The notes beneath the pieces are model-generated. The model saw only the letters and a program-made list of their open reading frames with translations. It had not been told where the DNA came from and made no database searches. A stretch of 57,765 nucleotides of DNA, counting the filler, from Catajapyx aquilonaris (taxonomy: Eukaryota), in assembly GCA_000934665.2 (NCBI GenBank). It is 2 parts of 2 records of this genome, joined end to end, with 100 filler letters (N's around TTAATTAATTAA, not from the genome) between each part and the next. Parts side by side here need not be neighbours in the genome. Positions count along the whole stretch, not along the records: positions 28,908 to 57,765 come from JYFJ02004875.1; 1 more part is not named here. One strand, written 5' to 3'. Shown piece by piece: positions 51,741 to 57,765 of the stretch (its first letter is position 1; each line of letters opens with the position of its first letter). The position numbers were made by a program, and so were the translations under genes.

Positions 51741-52984
51741 GTTTGCATGGAATACAATTGAAATGGCCCAATAGAACAATAGTTGAGGTCCAGGCAAATT
51801 TAAATTTGGGATAAATGTCAAGAATAGGCTTTATGAAATTATTAATTGTTGGGATAGGGTAATTCCATGACAGTTCAACCTAGCGATGTCACCTGACCTA
51901 TTCCAAAATGTACGAAATTTAACATACGCATTCAGACCGACAAGTCAAAACGACGAAGTCAAACGACGAAGTCAAAACGCATTATATGCACTTTTGGTCA
52001 ATGTTCAGGATATATATTCTTTTGTCAGCACCTTCCATCACTTTTGTTGCATGTAATGCACTGTGAACTTCGTTTTTCTCGGGAATGAGTAGGCGTACGG
52101 AGATGGCAAAAAGACACATACGCGCATCTCGACATGGCCATTTCGACTATATGAACAACTCAATTTCGGTGAAAAGTGCATATAATGCGTTTTGACTTCT
52201 GACGGGAAAGTAGTAGGTATGAATATTTTCAAGTAGCTGAGGTCAATAGGACAGAAAGAAAAAAATGGAAAAGAAAAGGCACATTTTACAGCATTATGGC
52301 GTATATCTCCTGAACTATACCTGCTATGAAAATGAGCAATATGTCATTTTATTCGTAACATTCTGTAGAATCGACCACACGATAGATTTTAGTACCATAA
52401 ACTACCTGCAAAAAGTGGGAGGTCACTGACATGACCTTTGACCTCTTGAGCATGACCGGTGGGAGGAATCTGAAAAAAATATATACGTGTACCTGGACTC
52501 AATGCCTTTCATGCAAAAAAGTGTCTGACTGCAAGTACGTTTTGTTTGTGATCAAATAATTATGAAACATGACCCACTCGGCCCGCACCCACTTTTGAGT
52601 TTCTGGCGATGGCCATTTTGCACTGGGGAGGGAAGGGACCTCCGAACTATGCATGCAAATAAGGCATAATAGCATGAATGTGGAAAGTGAGAGCTGGAAC
52701 TGCAAAGGCGGTCCAGCAGGCTGAAATGTAGGGATAGAACTGCAACTTGATCATGAACCAAAGTCATAACTACAGACATTTGAAATACTGGTAAATGACC
52801 AATCTTAGGATGGACATGTTGGCTAGGAGCAAACTTTAGAAATGAAAGTCACATTCATTGTAGGCTTGCGTTGCTAGGGTACTACTTCTTACTCTATGGA
52901 AGACAATATACCAATTTTAACAGTTGCTAACCCTTTAGATTTGAAATAGCAAAAATTTTAAACTTTGCATTTGTTATTTTTCAG

Positions 52985-53248
52985 AGGCAATGTGCTGAAG
53001 ATCCAGAAGATCAGGAAGGAGGATCGTGGCACATATTATTGTGTAGCTGACAATGAGGTTGGAAAGGGTGCTAGGCGCAACATTGCTGTGGAGGTCGAGT
53101 TTGCCCCTGTGATTACAGTTCCCAGACCGAGATTGGGGCAGGCATTACAGTATGACATGGATCTGGAATGCCACGTGGAGGCTTATCCACCACCGGCTAT
53201 CACTTGGGTCAAGGATCAGAATCAACTCACCAACAATCAGCACTTCAG
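52985..53248 (+). CDS. Lac: Lachesin coding exon 3 (end of Ig2, start of Ig3); gene continues past the window
   Basis: TTTTTCAG acceptor, in frame. RGNVLKIQKIRKEDRGTYYCVADNEVGKGARRNIAVEVEFAPVITVPRPRLGQALQYDMDLECHVEAYPPPAITWVK matches lachesin. Ends at AG|GTAAT donor. No further exon recognised before the window ends. Confidence 0.95.
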
Positions 53249-53407
53249 GTAATATGGAAGGATTGTCTTAATTGAAATAATGAGGTAACTAAGTAATGCT
53301 AGTAGTCAGCGAAAGAATGTCAAGGTCAACAGTATTTTGCATGAGAGGCGATCAAATACTAACACAAGCAAAATTTGTCTACCAAGTTTTTGCTGCTTTC
53401 TGTAATT

Positions 53408-54099
53408 GAATCGGTCATTGCAGAAAGGGCGTAAGTCATGAAAATGTAGTTCTGAGAAAAACGAAAAAAATCATTTCCACCACAAGGAACAAGTTGTTGA
53501 GAAAGTAGTTGCACATGAAAATCGAGGTATTGCTGTCACCCTTGACATGCAACCTTGACTTACCTGCTACAATGGAATGTACCAGGGAAAATTAATGTTT
53601 CACGTGAATGACTTACTCCCTTTCTGCACTGACTGGCACTGAATCACATGGAAAGAAGGTGGATGTTGTGTGTTTTCCGAATGAACATGTAGCTTATTTA
53701 TTGCCGACTATGACGAAATAATGTAACAAGACATAGATAATACAGTACATCTCATAAAATCATTTCATGAAGTGAAATGCAGTAGGTCTGCACAAGAACA
53801 GCTTAGTCTACAGAGTCTTTGTCATCCACATCAGTAGTTGGCCATGACAGGATACTGTCATAAAAGGCTCTGTGCTGTGCTGTGAGACAGCGAGTCAGTG
53901 CAGAAAGGGCGCTATGTCACTGACTAACGCCCTTTCTGCAGGAAGTAGCTTTTCCTTCCCCCCAACCAGAGCGCGCACAATACATATTATGGCGCCGTTT
54001 CTGTACAGACCTGTGCGTCTATGAGCGCAGTTGCCGAAACCATGACTAACTCATTTTCTCATATTTAGTGACTTACGCCCTTTCTGCAATGACCGATTC
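53408..54099. mobile_element. AATT-flanked (Sola1-like) non-autonomous element
   Basis: Perfect 31-bp TIR GAATCGGTCATTGCAGAAAGGGCGTAAGTCA with AATT on both sides. Internal copies of the GCAGAAAGGGCG motif at ~53900-53940. Confidence 0.88.
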
Positions 54100-54624
54100 A
54101 ATTAGAAAATTGTTACTTTTTTCTTATGATAGAAAAGTGAAAATACCTCACAGAAACAATGTTACTTTGTGAGAAAACATACAGCATTTTCCACATATAT
54201 TTTTCACTACGGATATAGCATTGATTATGCATGTCTTATTAGCATTAAAAATCAATAATAGTGTGCCACAAAGTCCTTTTTGCAGTGTGGGCATAAAATT
54301 TGAAGTGACACCTGTTTAACCCCTTATCTCGCGCCATAAGGAATTTTGCGCGGGTGGGGTTATAGGGCCTATTATATTTTAAACATGCACCTTGTCATCT
54401 GCCACATCTGGATGAGTTAGCCATCAAAGATGGCCGCCATGTCTTTGGGTTTTTTCTAATTACGTATTTTGTTGCAAGGTTGGAAAAAAAACTCAGCTTT
54501 TTATTTGAAAAGCCAAAAAACCAGGTTTTTTGTTTAAACCAGATTTAATTTAATATTTAGGGTTTAAATTTAAACAAGTTGTAACTTCTTATCTACATAT
54601 GCCCATGCTCAACTCAGTGATGTA

Positions 54625-55049
54625 ACCGAAGCAGTAGTGGCGGAGTGGATATGGTGTCTGACTGCTAATCGGGAGGTCCTGGGTTCGAATCCCGGAGGCC
54701 GGCGGTCCTGACCTTGGTTTTCTGTGGTTTTCCAAGGTCGCCCCAGGAAAAATTCTGGATCGTACTGCAAAATAGGCCACAGCCGCTTCCTTCCCTTCCC
54801 TGTCCTGGAGGAGGTGCGGTGTCAGTGGGATATCTGACCCGCATCTAGGGGCTCATCTTGGCGAACGGGCCCCCTGGGGGACTGCACGCGACCCCCAAAT
54901 TGATGACATTGCACTTGCACCAGTGTCCCCCCCCCCNCCTCCTATCCCTATCCTGTCCCCTGCATAGATGGTGGTATTCCACTCCCCTAAGAGGGACTAG
55001 GGCTCTAGCACGGGGCATAACAAAAAAACAACAACAAAAGAACAAAAAA
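54625..55049 (+). mobile_element. tRNA-derived SINE, type 2 head with a longer chimeric 3' half
   Basis: ACCGAAGCAG head, A-rich tail, TSD TCAGTGATGTA (54614-24, 55050-60). Confidence 0.9.
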
Positions 55050-55682
55050 TCAGTGATGTAAATAATAAGTTATACTTTTGATTAACAAAATGTATCTTGC
55101 TCAAAATTATAATTATTTGGCAAATTGAAAGCTGAATCACAAAATATGATATTTTGAGAACTACAATGTAGAGATTCCATGGAGAAATGTTGCTTAAATG
55201 TTACAATGTAAGTAAACAAAGAATAAAATAGTGGCATTGTATAATACTGTGCAATACTAAAACTAATTAACTAAACTTTTACCTTGAGTTCAAAAAGCAC
55301 TAACATTGTATCTTCTATGCCTACAACCGCCTTATGAATGATTTAAACATTAAAAGATAAAATAACTATAAACACTACTTTTCTGGTTGAAAACATTGTT
55401 CTGTTTTTATTTTCTATTGACGTTTTCACATCAGTATAAAACTACCCATTTTACCCCACCTGACCCTACTCATTAGGTTAATGTAAATAGATTATTTAAT
55501 GATTGAATTTGGCTAATTTTGCAGTAACATTTAAGTAAATTTTAGCAGCAATTTGGATTACTTTTCATTTAAAAAACCATGATGGTTTATTTTTAAAAAC
55601 CACATGGTTTAAACCAGCCAACCCTGCTTTCTCATGCCATGTTTTTCACCACAGCTAGTGTAACTAAATGATGCCAATAATT

Positions 55683-57242
55683 GAAGGGGTCGGTGCAATA
55701 CTGCCCTAACCCTCCCAAACCTGATTTCGAGAAAAACGCATTTGAAAGTTTGAGATGACCCATAAATCACATTTTCCATGGGACAATTTTCATTTCTACC
55801 CCAATATACAAGGCACTAATAAGGAACATTTACGTGCTATTATGATGATGATGATGCACCACCCACTCTAAGAATGAACAAAATAAGGTGGCCGCGTGTG
55901 AAAAAAGGGTTAGGGCAGTATTGCACCCAACTTGTAATGCGAACTAAATCGGTCAAGAACGTATCACAAGTTAGTTTAATGTTCATATAAATGATATCAA
56001 ATGAACTGTCGTGAGATGAGGAACATTTTGGTGGCATCGGGTATAACCTAAATTGTCAAATAAAAATGCTAAAAAAATTTGCATTATTGTTCAAAAAGGA
56101 CACATTTCATATGGTCCAATGTCATTGCTAAACACATGCTAAGCGTGTGGAATTAATATGGTAGGTATACATTGTCATCTGATCATTACTATACTGTCGA
56201 AGGACAACATCACAGGTCAAGCCATGGGTCGAGCAGTCTTGGAAATAAAACTTCTGAAATGTCTGTTTTCCACTAATTTGGTCATCTTTGGGGTCATTTT
56301 TCTCAGTGTGGGGCTGGGTTTAAGTTACCATAAGCGTCTTTTCATGCATAACATAGAGGTATAAGAACTGTTCACTTACCATAAATGGTTCACTGGCAAC
56401 ATCAAATAACATGGAGTAGCCTAGCTATAGAGGGCTTTTCCGGACATTTCATGATTAATTATGTCCAAGTCTGATTGATCTTGATCTTGCCCTACAGTAT
56501 AGTAATGATCATGACACATATATGAAATGTGTCCGTTTTGCACAATAATGCGATTTTTTTAGCATTTTTATTTTACAATCTAGGTTAAACACGTTGCCAC
56601 AAAATGTTCCTCATCTCACAACAGTTCATTTGATATAATATGAACATGAGGGTACAACAATAACTTCACCTGAAATAAATGGACCTTCGAATCAGTCTCC
56701 ATTGTTTTTGAAAGACGTTGCCATCGATATCTCCGTGGGATTTTCACCTGGGAGGCTCTTAACTTTATTTTTGGCAACACTTCAATGATTTATATATATA
56801 TCAAATAATTATAAGATGGTTGAGCCACCAACTTGTCTGTCGTGACATGGAATGACCCAACTATTATTATTTTGCTGCAATTGACTACTACTTTGCACAT
56901 CATCATTAGCAGGATCGAACTCTGAATCTTAGGTACTCTCATCCACATCGGTGTCATCTGGCAAAAGCTCACTATTTAAGCCCGACTCGTGAGACACAGC
57001 TGCTCGCAGCTGCAACCTACGCGCTGCCATATTTGAAGATGGAGGGTTAGGGCGGTATTGCTGCAGAAAAGGCATTCATAACCTCACAGCAAGGAAAACA
57101 TCGTTTGATTTCTCACCGACAGATGGCAGAAACTGGACAATCTCAGTGTACATTATTAGATATTTGAGTGTAGTATATGGAAGTGCGCGAAACTCAATTT
57201 GTGTCATTTGGTGGGTTAGGGCAGTATTGCACCGACCCCTTC
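55683..57242. mobile_element. AATT-flanked (Sola1-like) non-autonomous element with a nested MITE (~55980-56647)
   Basis: Perfect 30-bp TIR GAAGGGGTCGGTGCAATACTGCCCTAACCC with AATT on both sides. Internal GGGTTAGGGC(A/G)GTATTGC copies at ~55907 and ~57044. Confidence 0.88.
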
Positions 57243-57571
57243 AATTACTAGCTTCAACTCCAAAACATTTTCATGGGTTATTTTCGCATAAGGAAGGAAA
57301 TGTAAGGGAAGGCTGCATGGAATTGGACACTAGTGCAGGCGACCGTAACCGATCCTCAGCCTCTTTTTTTTAACCATCTTATCGCTGGCCCTAAACATGT
57401 CAAACTTATGTGTTGTATAGAAGAGGACCTGAGTCATGCATGTGAACAGCTTTTCACTCCATATAAGCATTATTGCACTTCTAAGGTGCGAATCCCAAAA
57501 CTTCCACCAAACAAAATGTATTATTTATATGATTTATTGCCCCCTGTTTCTGTTCACCAATTTTATATATA

Positions 57572-57765
57572 CAGGGTGGTCCAACTTTTTTGTCCGAACA
57601 GCTATTGACAAATTCGGCCTAAGCTGCTTATGTTGTAGTGCGTTACCTGGCAACCCCGGTCGGCGGGCCAATTCAAACATCAGCACATGGAGACTGCTTC
57701 CATTGTTGCCACTGTTTACTAATTGAGTGAGTGACGCGGATGACCCAGCGACGGATCTCTTCTGC
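57572..57765. mobile_element. Probable left end of a Tc1/mariner-type element, truncated by the window
   Basis: Only the TA-CAGGGTGGTCCAAC terminus is visible. Confidence 0.4.

Noticed and set aside
54474..55626. Possible hAT-like element (CAAGGTTGG...CCAACCCTG) around the SINE
   Set aside because: Short imperfect TIR and no TSD, so not reported as a feature.

Overview
Eukaryotic, almost certainly arthropod, genomic DNA. The window joins two contigs across an artificial 100-nt linker (44 N + TTAATTAATTAA + 44 N, 28808-28907). The left ~28.8 kb has no recognisable protein-coding gene and reads as a gene-poor, possibly regulatory region with scattered MITEs, a SINE and microsatellites. The right ~28.9 kb holds two head-to-head genes. 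One is a complete two-exon Gemin6 (minus strand, 173 aa). The other is the first three coding exons of lachesin (plus strand, continuing beyond the window). Both sit in a dense, often nested mosaic of non-autonomous DNA transposons (Tc1/mariner-, pogo-, PIF/Harbinger-, hAT-, Sola1-like with AATT targets, piggyBac-like) and tRNA-derived SINEs. The most notable observations are: (i) three SINE types with different heads and bodies, one carrying a V-SINE-like core, share a structurally conserved 3' stem-loop; (ii) four unrelated TIR elements are all flanked by AATT; (iii) a MITE is built from two inverted 3' ends of a mariner-like transposase; (iv) several insertions are nested three levels deep; (v) a foldback element has unusual T6/A6 ends. 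I found no convincing new protein-coding system. All TE family names are inferred from termini and TSDs by eye, not from database searches.
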